Virus record (IMG/VR): IMGVR_UViG_3300044513_001279 | Location: 1-32,671 of that record | Length of the DNA: 32,671 bases | DNA from: a virus | Taxonomy: Duplodnaviria; Caudoviricetes | Strand: one strand, 5' to 3' | Part shown: in pieces, positions 9,080-16,896 of the stretch | How positions within the stretch are numbered: position 1 is the first letter of the stretch | Layout of the letters: every line of letters starts with the position of its first letter | Program-made: the position numbers and the translations under genes | Notes under the pieces: generated by a model | What the model was told of the DNA's origin: nothing | Seen by the model: the letters and a program-made list of their open reading frames with translations, nothing else | Database searches by the model: none

Positions 9080-10103
9080 TATTGGAGATGTATCAGAGTT
9101 AACAGGCAACGCACAAGTATTAAGAGACAAGCCTTATAAAGCTGAGTTAGACTTTAACATTCAGCAAAATGATAATGTTGAAACCACCAATGGTCGCATA
9201 GCAATAAAGTTTCTTGACGACTCAACAGTCAAGCTTACGGAACACTCTCAACTCACCATAGATGAGTACATCTTTGACCCTAACCCATCCAACTCTAAGC
9301 TTGCTCTAAACTTTGCAAGTGGCACTGCTAGGTTTATTACAGGGCAACTAGGAAGGATAGACAAAGAAAACATAACCATTCAAACGCCCACTGCAAATAT
9401 TGCTATTCGTGGAACAGATTTTACTGCTACTGTAGATGAGTTAGGTCGCAGTCTAATTATTCTATTGCCTGATGCAGACGGCATATCTAGTGGTGAAATT
9501 ATGGTTACTACTGCTATGGGTACTGTATTGTTGAATAAGCCTTATGAAGCAACCACGACCACAGTATTTGAAAGTTCACCAAGCAAGCCAGTCATTTTAG
9601 ATTTAACTTTAGACCTAATAGACAATATGCTTATTGTTAAACCGCCACAAGAAGATGTACTGCAAAAAGAAGAAAGCACCATATCTTCTGACAATGTTTT
9701 GGATGTGGACTTTTTGGAGTTTGATGGTCTTGATGCTGACTACTTTGCAAAGGATGAACTAGAGTTCACTGAGCTTGATATCAACTTCCTTGATGTTAAT
9801 TTCTTTGAGGATTTATTAAAGATCATTGACGAGTTAGACAAACTTAATGAGGATGATCTAAACCAAGAACAAACAATAACAAGGGTAACTGGTACAAAAG
9901 TTGGACAAGATACTGAAACGCAAATAATTACTTTGGTACAAGGCGAAATTATTTCATTGCGTAGACAAGTTGAACAATCAGCACAAGTTGATCTAAACTC
10001 TAGTCAGGGGTACACAGTTATATTTATACAGAATGGTGTATCTAATACTGTTAAGATTAATGGTGGTGGTGATTCAGTGATAAAAATAGTACAAGGCTCA
10101 TGA
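8994..10103 (+). CDS. FecR-domain exported protein
   Basis: Signal-like N-terminus; FecR motifs DNVETTNG, FLDDSTVKLTEHS, GTARF and TPTANIAIRGTDF; acidic C-terminal extension. Confidence 0.85.
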   Translation: MIGYRSIQVATVVLFVSFKVMAVQLQAVDIGDVSELTGNAQVLRDKPYKAELDFNIQQNDNVETTNGRIAIKFLDDSTVKLTEHSQLTIDEYIFDPNPSNSKLALNFASGTARFITGQLGRIDKENITIQTPTANIAIRGTDFTATVDELGRSLIILLPDADGISSGEIMVTTAMGTVLLNKPYEATTTTVFESSPSKPVILDLTLDLIDNMLIVKPPQEDVLQKEESTISSDNVLDVDFLEFDGLDADYFAKDELEFTELDINFLDVNFFEDLLKIIDELDKLNEDDLNQEQTITRVTGTKVGQDTETQIITLVQGEIISLRRQVEQSAQVDLNSSQGYTVIFIQNGVSNTVKINGGGDSVIKIVQGS

Positions 10104-11893
10104 AGAAAACTATTGTATTCATAGCTCTTATAATTGGTCTGTCATTGCCTATGGTTTATCAAACCACGCCATATCAAACTCTTAAGTTAAAAACATTTGA
10201 TTACCTTGTACCTAAGCAAGACCCTACAGGTTTTTTTACAATACTGAACATTACTGAAGAAGATGTTATAGCTGAAGGTGGCTATCCGTTTCCTAGAAAA
10301 AGATTAGCAGAGATACAAAAGCGTTTATATGGCAATGGTGCTATAGGCGTTGGATGGGTTATAGCATTTACAGAAAAAGATAGGTTTGGTGGAGATGCTG
10401 ACTTTGCTATGTCTATGCGTATGACCTTTCCAACCGTATTGGCTATGTTTAACAATGAAAGCAAAGACTATCCACCAACAACAGGCACAGTAATTCTAGG
10501 AGATAACATACAAGGCATAAAAGCCAATGGTGTAAGGCAAAACATACCCATGTTTCAAACATCAGCTTCACAAGGCGTAGCTTCTGCTCCCACTGAGGTT
10601 GATAACTTGGTGAGACAAATACCTTTGTTAATGCAAACTCCTGATGGTTGGGTTGCATCTTTTGGCACTGAAGTTTTAAAAGCATTAGCACAACAAAAAA
10701 CTTACATCATCAAAGGCTCAGAAAACGGCATAGAAGAAATATCTGTTAGGGGAATACCGCCTACAAAATTAGATAAATACGGCAGACAATGGATTAGTTG
10801 GGTAGATACGCCACAAACAACATTGCAAGAAATGGATGTTGAAGGTAAGTTTGTTTTTGTTGGTGTTACAGCCAAAGGTGTTATGCCACAGATAGCAACA
10901 CCAGTTGGTCTTTTAGAGCCACATAAGATACAAGCTGCACTATCTGAATCTATATTGCTTGAGAGCAGTTCCTATGTACCTAATTGGAATTTAACAGCAG
11001 AATTAGCTATTTTTTTGGTTTTAGGCTCACTGACGTGGCTTCTATTGAACGCTTTGGGTATAACATGGGGTTTAGTATTAACGAGTTTATTGCATTTAAG
11101 CGTAGGTTATGGCGGTTGGTGGTTTGTTAAGCAGGGCATTTTAGTTGATGTTACATGGTCATTAATATCAGGATTTATTATTGCATCAACAGCTTTTTAT
11201 CTTAGATTCCGAGAGCAGTACAAATTAAGACTGCAAATTAAAAAACAATTTGAGCATTATTTAGACCCAAGACAGGTCAAACAATTACAAAAGAATCCTG
11301 ATCTTTTAAAACTCGGTGGAGACAAAAGAACTTGCACATTTATGTTTACTGATCTTAGAGGTTTTACTGCATTGTCTGAATCTGTTACGCCTGAAGAAGT
11401 AACTTATATTATGAATAAAGTTTTAACAGTTCAACAAATAGCTGTTCAGGCACATGGTGGAATGGTAGACAAATATATAGGGGATGCAATGATGGCAATA
11501 TTCAATGCTCCTTTAGACCTAAAAAATCACAGCATGATTGCCATAGCTTGTGCATTAGATATCAAGCGTGGGATTATAGAATTGAATCATGAATTGGAAA
11601 ATGAAGGCTTGCCACAAATTGCTATCGGCATTGGAATTAATAGTGGTGAAGCGATCATAGGCAATATGGGAAGCGAAAGCAGATTTGATTACACAGCTAT
11701 CGGTGACGCTGTGAATACTGCAGCTAGGTTGGAAAGTGCTACCAAGGAAAGAAATGTTGACTTGCTTATAGGTGAACAAACAGAATCGTATTGTGGATTC
11801 TATTTAGAGCCTTTAGAACCTATAATGGTCAAAGGCAAAGCAGAACCCTTAAAAATATTTACATGGCAAGATCAGCAACACTTACAAAAATAA
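10100..11893 (+). CDS. CHASE2-domain membrane-bound class III adenylyl cyclase
   Basis: N-terminal TM, CHASE2-like region (ILNITEE...GGYPFPR, EVDNLVRQIPL, GKFVFVGVTA, TPVG), three further TMs, then a cyclase domain with MFTDLRGFT, DKYIGDAMM, IGIGINSG and YTAIGDAVNTAARLES. Confidence 0.93.
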   Translation: MKKTIVFIALIIGLSLPMVYQTTPYQTLKLKTFDYLVPKQDPTGFFTILNITEEDVIAEGGYPFPRKRLAEIQKRLYGNGAIGVGWVIAFTEKDRFGGDADFAMSMRMTFPTVLAMFNNESKDYPPTTGTVILGDNIQGIKANGVRQNIPMFQTSASQGVASAPTEVDNLVRQIPLLMQTPDGWVASFGTEVLKALAQQKTYIIKGSENGIEEISVRGIPPTKLDKYGRQWISWVDTPQTTLQEMDVEGKFVFVGVTAKGVMPQIATPVGLLEPHKIQAALSESILLESSSYVPNWNLTAELAIFLVLGSLTWLLLNALGITWGLVLTSLLHLSVGYGGWWFVKQGILVDVTWSLISGFIIASTAFYLRFREQYKLRLQIKKQFEHYLDPRQVKQLQKNPDLLKLGGDKRTCTFMFTDLRGFTALSESVTPEEVTYIMNKVLTVQQIAVQAHGGMVDKYIGDAMMAIFNAPLDLKNHSMIAIACALDIKRGIIELNHELENEGLPQIAIGIGINSGEAIIGNMGSESRFDYTAIGDAVNTAARLESATKERNVDLLIGEQTESYCGFYLEPLEPIMVKGKAEPLKIFTWQDQQHLQK

Positions 11894-12087
11894 TAAGGTT
11901 TTTTAGACCACACTATCAAGTGCGTGTGTCTTTTAATAAAGAGTATGGTGATTCTGATGATAAGATATACATTGCAAAAAAAATTATTAAACAAAAAGAA
12001 AATCACTTGAAGTTCCGTGATCTTAATAATAAAACAATAGAGTATAGAAGTGCAGGTGGTTTAAATTACATCATTGAGGATATGTAA
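11863..12087 (+). CDS. Hypothetical basic protein (74 aa)
   Basis: ATG 11863 overlaps the cyclase 3' end and is more likely than GTG 11791; TAATG coupling to the next gene. Confidence 0.55.
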   Translation: MARSATLTKIIRFFRPHYQVRVSFNKEYGDSDDKIYIAKKIIKQKENHLKFRDLNNKTIEYRSAGGLNYIIEDM

Positions 12088-12482
12088 TGCAACAATTATT
12101 GATTGGAGTAATATTGGTTTTGGGTGGTGCAACTTATTATTTGCACAGTCAAAATCAAATACTACAAGCTAACAACTCAGCTTTAGAAGGTGCTGTTGCG
12201 ACCCAAGAAGAAGCCATCAAAACCATACAAGCTGACTTTGCAATGCAAACTCAACAAATGAATGAATTGAGTTTAAAAAGCCAAGCAGCACAAAAGGAAC
12301 TAAACAGATATACACAGTTTATACAGAACTATGAACTGACTGCTAAAATTTTAACTGACCCCATAGAAATGCAGAGGAAAATAAATAATGGTACAAAACA
12401 TATCATGGAAGATATTGAGAAAATCAGCGACACAGTTGATAGTCTTGATGATGGCTTGCAGTTGCAGCCTACTACCAACTAA
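12087..12482 (+). CDS. Inner-membrane spanin (Rz-like)
   Basis: N-terminal TM plus a long coiled coil, overlapped at its 3' end by a lipoprotein gene in another frame, and near the endolysin. Confidence 0.7.
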   Translation: MQQLLIGVILVLGGATYYLHSQNQILQANNSALEGAVATQEEAIKTIQADFAMQTQQMNELSLKSQAAQKELNRYTQFIQNYELTAKILTDPIEMQRKINNGTKHIMEDIEKISDTVDSLDDGLQLQPTTN

Positions 12483-12777
12483 AAAACTAGAAGTTTCAGC
12501 AAAACCCATAGAAAGGCAAATAGTACAACCTATTATGCCTAGAGAAATAGACTTGAAACAACCACAGTGGATAGCTGTTACACCTGATAATTGGGAAGAA
12601 CAATTAGCTCTTATTGAGGAGCAAGAAGGTGAGTTAGTATTCCTTGCTATGACGATTCCTGACTATGAAGTCATGGCATACAATATGCAAGAGATAAAAA
12701 GATACATCACAGAACTAAAAGATGTAGTGGTTTACTACCGAAAAGTAACCACAGAAAAACTTTCAATAGATGAATAA
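12388..12777 (+). CDS. Outer-membrane spanin lipoprotein (Rz1-like); start uncertain
   Basis: Hydrophobic stretch LIVLMMACSC with a lipobox-like Cys and a Pro-rich linker; overlapped-spanin architecture. Confidence 0.65.
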   Translation: MVQNISWKILRKSATQLIVLMMACSCSLLPTKKLEVSAKPIERQIVQPIMPREIDLKQPQWIAVTPDNWEEQLALIEEQEGELVFLAMTIPDYEVMAYNMQEIKRYITELKDVVVYYRKVTTEKLSIDE

Positions 12778-12815
12778 ATCTGATAGCCTTTAATTTTTCT
12801 ATATAGGAGAATAAT

Positions 12816-12977
12816 ATGGGAATGATATTTGAATGGATTGGTATAATCACAATGGTAGTCACTTTGGCTTCAGTTATTTGTGCTTTAACTCCAACACCTA
12901 AAGACGATAAGATGCTTGGCAAACTCTACAAGATGGTAGAACTTGCTGCACTTAATATCGGCAAAGCTAAACAGTAA
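12816..12977 (+). CDS. 53-aa membrane protein, holin candidate (absent from the ORF track)
   Basis: AGGAG SD; MGMIFEWIGIITMVVTLASVICALTPTPKDDKMLGKLYKMVELAALNIGKAKQ*; lies between the spanins and the endolysin. Confidence 0.7.
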   Translation: MGMIFEWIGIITMVVTLASVICALTPTPKDDKMLGKLYKMVELAALNIGKAKQ

Positions 12978-12984
12978 AAACCAA

Positions 12985-13004
12985 AGGTGCAGAAGCACCT
13001 ATTT
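12985..13004 (+). terminator. Short hairpin AGGTGC-AGAA-GCACCT, possible weak terminator or processing site
   Basis: Perfect 6-bp stem followed by ATTTAATTT; the U-tract is poor. Confidence 0.4.
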
Positions 13005-13009
13005 AATTT

Positions 13010-13405
13010 ATGGCAAATACAGTTACACCATTCGTTTATAACGCAATCTTAGAAAGGGTCGTGGATGGTGATACTGTGGATGTTACTCTTGACTTGGGCT
13101 TCTCTGTCCATCTAAAAAAACAACGCTGCAGGTTGGCAGGTATAGATACGCCTGAGTCAAGAACTCGCAACCTAGAAGAAAAAGAATTAGGTTTAAAAGC
13201 GAAAGAAAGACTAAAAGAACTATGTGTGGGTTCATTTAAAATACAATCATTGGGCAAAGGTAAGTATGGCAGAATACTCGCAATCCCTTATACGGAAGAT
13301 GGTCAAGATATTTGTCAAATGTTGGTCAATGAAGGTCATGCAGTTGAATACCACGGTGGTACAAAAACAGGAAAAGTCAGAGATGACGGAACTTGGGGAG
13401 AATAA
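13010..13405 (+). CDS. Staphylococcal nuclease (thermonuclease) family protein
   Basis: RVVDGDT, RLAGIDTPE and GKYGRILA motifs. Confidence 0.9.
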   Translation: MANTVTPFVYNAILERVVDGDTVDVTLDLGFSVHLKKQRCRLAGIDTPESRTRNLEEKELGLKAKERLKELCVGSFKIQSLGKGKYGRILAIPYTEDGQDICQMLVNEGHAVEYHGGTKTGKVRDDGTWGE

Positions 13406-13406
13406 T

Positions 13407-13850
13407 ATGCATATATCAGACGAAGGAATATCATTAGTTAAAAAGTTTGAGGGTTGTAAGTTAGAAGCATATCAATGTGCTGCAGGTGTTTGGACTATAG
13501 GTTATGGCTCAACGCATGGTGTACAAAAAGGAGATGTTTGGTCGCAAGAAAAAGCAGAAGTCATGCTCATCAATGAACTAGAAGAATACGGCAAGTATGT
13601 AGAAGAATTGGTAACATTGCCTCTTAATCAATGTCAGTTTGATGCACTTACTTCTTGGACTTTTAATTTAGGACCAACTAATTTAAAAAATAGCACAATG
13701 ATACAAGTTTTAAATCAAGGTGATTATGAGGGTGTTCCATATCAAATAAAAAGATGGAACAAGGTTAATGGTCAAGTTAATGATGGTCTAATTCGCAGAC
13801 GAGAAGCAGAAGCATTATTATTTGAGGGTAAGCATTGGGAACACATCTAA
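13407..13850 (+). CDS. Endolysin, GH24 lysozyme
   Basis: ATG 13407 follows GGAG; E-x8-C-x5-T triad (EGCKLEAYQCAAGVWT), QFDAL..FNLG and GLIRRREAE. Confidence 0.92.
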   Translation: MHISDEGISLVKKFEGCKLEAYQCAAGVWTIGYGSTHGVQKGDVWSQEKAEVMLINELEEYGKYVEELVTLPLNQCQFDALTSWTFNLGPTNLKNSTMIQVLNQGDYEGVPYQIKRWNKVNGQVNDGLIRRREAEALLFEGKHWEHI

Positions 13851-14066
13851 ATGGCTCTCAGCAAGACACAGAACAAAAGGCTTGGGGTAATACTAAGTGT
13901 TATGTTCAAAGAAGAAACACCACAGGAGCTACTACAGGATGTCATACGGCATGGTTTCGTAGAGAAAGTTGATAATACTTTTCAACTCACAGATAAAGGC
14001 ATTGATGAGAAAAACCGACTCTGCACTTTGTCAGGACTTAATATCAAGTATTCAAGCGAAAAATAA
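13851..14066 (+). CDS. Hypothetical protein, possible winged helix
   Basis: Abuts the lysozyme stop; HGFVEK...FQLTDKG wing-like motif. Confidence 0.55.
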   Translation: MALSKTQNKRLGVILSVMFKEETPQELLQDVIRHGFVEKVDNTFQLTDKGIDEKNRLCTLSGLNIKYSSEK

Positions 14067-14067
14067 T

Positions 14068-14625
14068 CTAAATCCAGTCAGCACCTTCATACCATCCGAC
14101 AAGACTGAATCTCTCGCCCTTAGTTACCTTAGTGACTCTGTGATAAAGAAAAGACGGAAAGACTAAAATAGTTCCTTTCTGTCTCAGTTTATTTTGATCT
14201 AGTTTGCCTATGTCTTTATTAAACTCAAAGTCTCCACCCACATAATCAATACTGTCTGAGAGTTGAACTGTAATGCTCAATTTACGCTGTGAACTATTAT
14301 CATAAATATTTGAATCCATGTGGTAGTCATAGAAGTCACCTTTGCCATACTTAGCAATTTGAAATTCAAAGTATCTATTTAATTGAACACCAAAGCATTC
14401 ACGATTCGCCATGGTTATATAAGGCTCAATAATGCTATTAAGATATATCCCATGTTCAGAATCAAAAGTGCAAGGCATAACATTAGATGATCTTATGGAC
14501 TTATCAATGTTAGCTACATTTCCTACCTGTGCTTCTTTGGTTTTGCCTTCAAGGTATAAAGACTTGATGGCTTCACAATGTTTTCCACTCAGTCCTGCTT
14601 GCCATGAATAGCAGTAGGTGTTCAT
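14068..14625 (-). CDS. 2OG-Fe(II) oxygenase (prolyl-hydroxylase-like)
   Basis: YDYHMD (HxD), RKLSITVQLS, YVGGDF, FPSFLYHRV and GERFSLVGW. Confidence 0.9.
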   Translation of the reverse strand: MNTYCYSWQAGLSGKHCEAIKSLYLEGKTKEAQVGNVANIDKSIRSSNVMPCTFDSEHGIYLNSIIEPYITMANRECFGVQLNRYFEFQIAKYGKGDFYDYHMDSNIYDNSSQRKLSITVQLSDSIDYVGGDFEFNKDIGKLDQNKLRQKGTILVFPSFLYHRVTKVTKGERFSLVGWYEGADWI

Positions 14626-14720
14626 TAAGTTCGTGCTCTAAATAAATACAATAAATTAAGTATTCTCTCTACAGGCAGGTGTTGTAAATGTTTAGGTATC
14701 TCAATTCCATTAACAATCAT
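14625..14720 (-). CDS. 31-aa hypothetical peptide (absent from the ORF track)
   Basis: MIVNGIEIPKHLQHLPVERILNLLYLFRART*; coupled at both ends (ATGA and TAATG overlaps). Confidence 0.6.
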   Translation of the reverse strand: MIVNGIEIPKHLQHLPVERILNLLYLFRART

Positions 14721-14932
14721 AGCCAATCCTCATCCATTTCTTTAGTTGCATTAGACCTATTCAAATCACCAAATAGTTGCAACATATCATCCCATTGTTT
14801 AGCATCATTATATTGTTTATTATTTATGTAATAATAAATCGCTTTTTTTATGTTTACATGGTCATTTTCATTCAAATAGAAAAGACCTTTTTCAAATTGA
14901 ACATCCATTTCATCTTCACATATTATTTTCAT
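14717..14932 (-). CDS. Hypothetical protein
   Basis: 71 aa with AAGGA SD, in a tightly packed operon. Confidence 0.6.
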   Translation of the reverse strand: MKIICEDEMDVQFEKGLFYLNENDHVNIKKAIYYYINNKQYNDAKQWDDMLQLFGDLNRSNATKEMDEDWL

Positions 14933-14934
14933 AA

Positions 14935-15147
14935 TTAATCCTTCCTTAATCCAAGTTTAAGTTTTGTAAAATGGCAACTTATAAAGCCATGTAGGTCAAC
15001 ATCAAAGTCATGTATAACGGTTTCTGAATCATTATCAGACTCTAATCTTTTATTAAATTTTTTAATTAATTGACCTGTTTTTTTATCTTCTATTTCTATA
15101 GAAATGTTTACATCAAAGTAATCACCAACATATGTTGAATCAGCCAT
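14935..15147 (-). CDS. Hypothetical protein
   Basis: 70 aa with AGGAG SD. Confidence 0.65.
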   Translation of the reverse strand: MADSTYVGDYFDVNISIEIEDKKTGQLIKKFNKRLESDNDSETVIHDFDVDLHGFISCHFTKLKLGLRKD

Positions 15148-15149
15148 AT

Positions 15150-15284
15150 TTATACTCCTATTTTTATACCTTTAAATCTTCTTCTTACAAGCTCAACAAA
15201 ACATTGAAACTTTAAAGACCAAGAAGAATTTTGTGCAACCAAACTGTCTTTTAATTGACTGTTGTATGCTTCTTTAATAATCAT
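15150..15284 (-). CDS. 44-aa hypothetical peptide (absent from the ORF track)
   Basis: MIIKEAYNSQLKDSLV...KIGV*; GGAG upstream; tiles the gap. Confidence 0.5.
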   Translation of the reverse strand: MIIKEAYNSQLKDSLVAQNSSWSLKFQCFVELVRRRFKGIKIGV

Positions 15285-15417
15285 TATCTTTGCTCCACTT
15301 GCATTTGATAATATCCTCTAACTCATTAGCCGTTTTTTCATTGACTAAAAAATCAATAATAATCCAAGCCATCATCCATATTGCTACTGGCAATATAATC
15401 CAAAATAAATAGTTCAT
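15274..15417 (-). CDS. 47-aa single-TM peptide (absent from the ORF track)
   Basis: MNYLFWIILPVAIWMMAWIIIDFLVNEK...; AAGGGG SD and ATGA overlap. Confidence 0.6.
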   Translation of the reverse strand: MNYLFWIILPVAIWMMAWIIIDFLVNEKTANELEDIIKCKWSKDNDY

Positions 15418-15512
15418 ATTTTCCCCTTAATCCATAAAACCATTATTAAAAATATAACACAAGCACCCTGTAGTGCTAAGAACCCTATTACTAAATGTAT
15501 AAATGATTCCAT
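15414..15512 (-). CDS. 32-aa hydrophobic peptide (absent from the ORF track)
   Basis: MESFIHLVIGFLALQGACVIFLIMVLWIKGKI*; tiles the gap between neighbouring genes. Confidence 0.55.
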   Translation of the reverse strand: MESFIHLVIGFLALQGACVIFLIMVLWIKGKI

Positions 15513-15515
15513 ATC

Positions 15516-15773
15516 TTATTTCATCCTTTCCTCAAAAGATTCTTCAATAAGTCTCATAAACTCGTGATGGTATTTATATTTTTTTTTATGTTCTTGAAGC
15601 TTTAATGTTGTAGGAAATTTATCACTTTGAATTTTCATAAATCTATAAGGTGGGTCAAGAAAAATATCTTTCAGTTTGCCCCATACTTCATTACAGTATG
15701 CTTTCTCAATTGCATCTTTTTCTATATCATCAGCAAGCATAACTATAACTTCTTTAAATTTTTTTTTATTCAA
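15516..15773 (-). CDS. Hypothetical protein
   Basis: 85 aa; TTG start overlapping the upstream stop, GAGG SD. Confidence 0.55.
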   Translation of the reverse strand: MNKKKFKEVIVMLADDIEKDAIEKAYCNEVWGKLKDIFLDPPYRFMKIQSDKFPTTLKLQEHKKKYKYHHEFMRLIEESFEERMK

Positions 15774-15958
15774 TGCAATACCCTCTCTCTACAGCCGTTC
15801 TTCATAAAATCATGTAAGTCTGCATAATCTTCTGCACTTATAAGTTCCCTAACATCATGAATTGGCATACTCATTAGATCAGCGTGATACTTGATTGATA
15901 ACTTAGCCACCTTGCGTTCTAAAGGTGACATATCTTTAAACTCGTCATTAATGCTCAT
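15770..15958 (-). CDS. Hypothetical protein
   Basis: 62 aa; operon tiling. Confidence 0.6.
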   Translation of the reverse strand: MSINDEFKDMSPLERKVAKLSIKYHADLMSMPIHDVRELISAEDYADLHDFMKNGCRERVLH

Positions 15959-15960
15959 GT

Positions 15961-16182
15961 TTATATACCCAACCTTGACTTGTAATAATCGTCACGCATC
16001 TCAGTACTTTTTAAATGTAAATATTCAATAAGCACTGACTCAGGCGTTTGACCTAAATGCTTATTGGCAATCCTTGATTTACTTATGTCAGTTAAGACAT
16101 TGTTATACGACTTAACCAGTTCCCACATATCAATCTCATGAATGTAAGAGTCTAGTTCCCTTAGCTGATCTTTGGTTATCAT
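15961..16182 (-). CDS. Hypothetical protein
   Basis: 73 aa; GAGGT SD and ATGA overlap. Confidence 0.65.
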   Translation of the reverse strand: MITKDQLRELDSYIHEIDMWELVKSYNNVLTDISKSRIANKHLGQTPESVLIEYLHLKSTEMRDDYYKSRLGI

Positions 16183-16382
16183 TTGTTTACCTCTCTTTCT
16201 TCAACTCTATCCCAAACTTCACCAAATCTTTCTAACCATTCTTTCTGTTCTTCGGTTTTGTAGTTACCACACATGAGAGATTCTAACGCACACATATGTT
16301 CAAGATCATTGGTTTCATAAAAGTTAAATGCAATGTCGCACATATAGTTGAGCAAACTAAATTTTCTGTCTTTAGTTATCAT
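16179..16382 (-). CDS. Hypothetical protein
   Basis: 67 aa; GAGGT SD. Confidence 0.65.
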   Translation of the reverse strand: MITKDRKFSLLNYMCDIAFNFYETNDLEHMCALESLMCGNYKTEEQKEWLERFGEVWDRVEEREVNK

Positions 16383-16383
16383 C

Positions 16384-16545
16384 TTATACCTCTCTAGGTT
16401 TGATAGAAGCAGTCTGACCAGTAGACCATATTTGATCTACTCGTCTTTGAGCATCTGCTTCATTGTTAAAAGTTGCGATTCTTCTGTGATCTCCATACCT
16501 GCCAATATGGAAGAAGAACTGGTAAACATCATAGACTGTGTTCAT
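16384..16545 (-). CDS. Hypothetical protein (53 aa)
   Basis: Start MNTVYDV at an ATGA overlap with the upstream stop; GGAG SD. Confidence 0.6.
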   Translation of the reverse strand: MNTVYDVYQFFFHIGRYGDHRRIATFNNEADAQRRVDQIWSTGQTASIKPREV

Positions 16546-16856
16546 GATCTTGCTCCGTGAAAACGATCTGCACAATTCTTTCCTATTCTTACACCATCTA
16601 TCATTGCTTCAATTTGTTTATAGAGTTCTCGCTTGGTTTTGCCGTAGAATATATGGTGAGTATCTTTTTCTAAACCTTTTTCATTAGCTATTTGACATAA
16701 GTAAAAAAGACCGTGTGCTTCACGAAAAAAATAATGACCTTTATTTGCTTTAGGTATCTCAAGATGACCTTGAGATTGCCAACTTGTTGTTGGATGATCG
16801 GTTACTTCATTAAGAAGATAAATTTTACTTTCTAGTCGTTTTGTTGTTATTGTCAT
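16542..16856 (-). CDS. Hypothetical protein, first gene of an early operon
   Basis: ATG 16856 is preceded by AGGT SD and the hairpin GCTCACAGAGC, downstream of the promoter at 16897-16925. Confidence 0.65.
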   Translation of the reverse strand: MTITTKRLESKIYLLNEVTDHPTTSWQSQGHLEIPKANKGHYFFREAHGLFYLCQIANEKGLEKDTHHIFYGKTKRELYKQIEAMIDGVRIGKNCADRFHGARS

Positions 16857-16896
16857 TTTATACCTGCTCTGTGAGCGTTTCATTTAATATAAGAGA

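Noticed and set aside
7131-11893. Curli/cyclase block as host DNA or a chimeric assembly
   Set aside because: The genes overlap continuously into the spanins, base composition looks similar by eye, and no att- or IS-like junction is visible. Read-level confirmation is still desirable.
10100-11893. Cyclase as a Pycsar or CBASS defence enzyme
   Set aside because: It has a CHASE2-TM receptor architecture and ATP-type residues, with no adjacent TIR or cNMP-binding effector.
13224-13406. 61-aa N-terminal extension of the lysozyme (possible SAR/signal)
   Set aside because: It lies inside the nuclease gene and is not hydrophobic; ATG 13407 has a clear GGAG SD.
15961-16382. Adjacent genes both starting MITKD as paralogs
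   Set aside because: Similarity ends after five residues, which is too little to claim homology.
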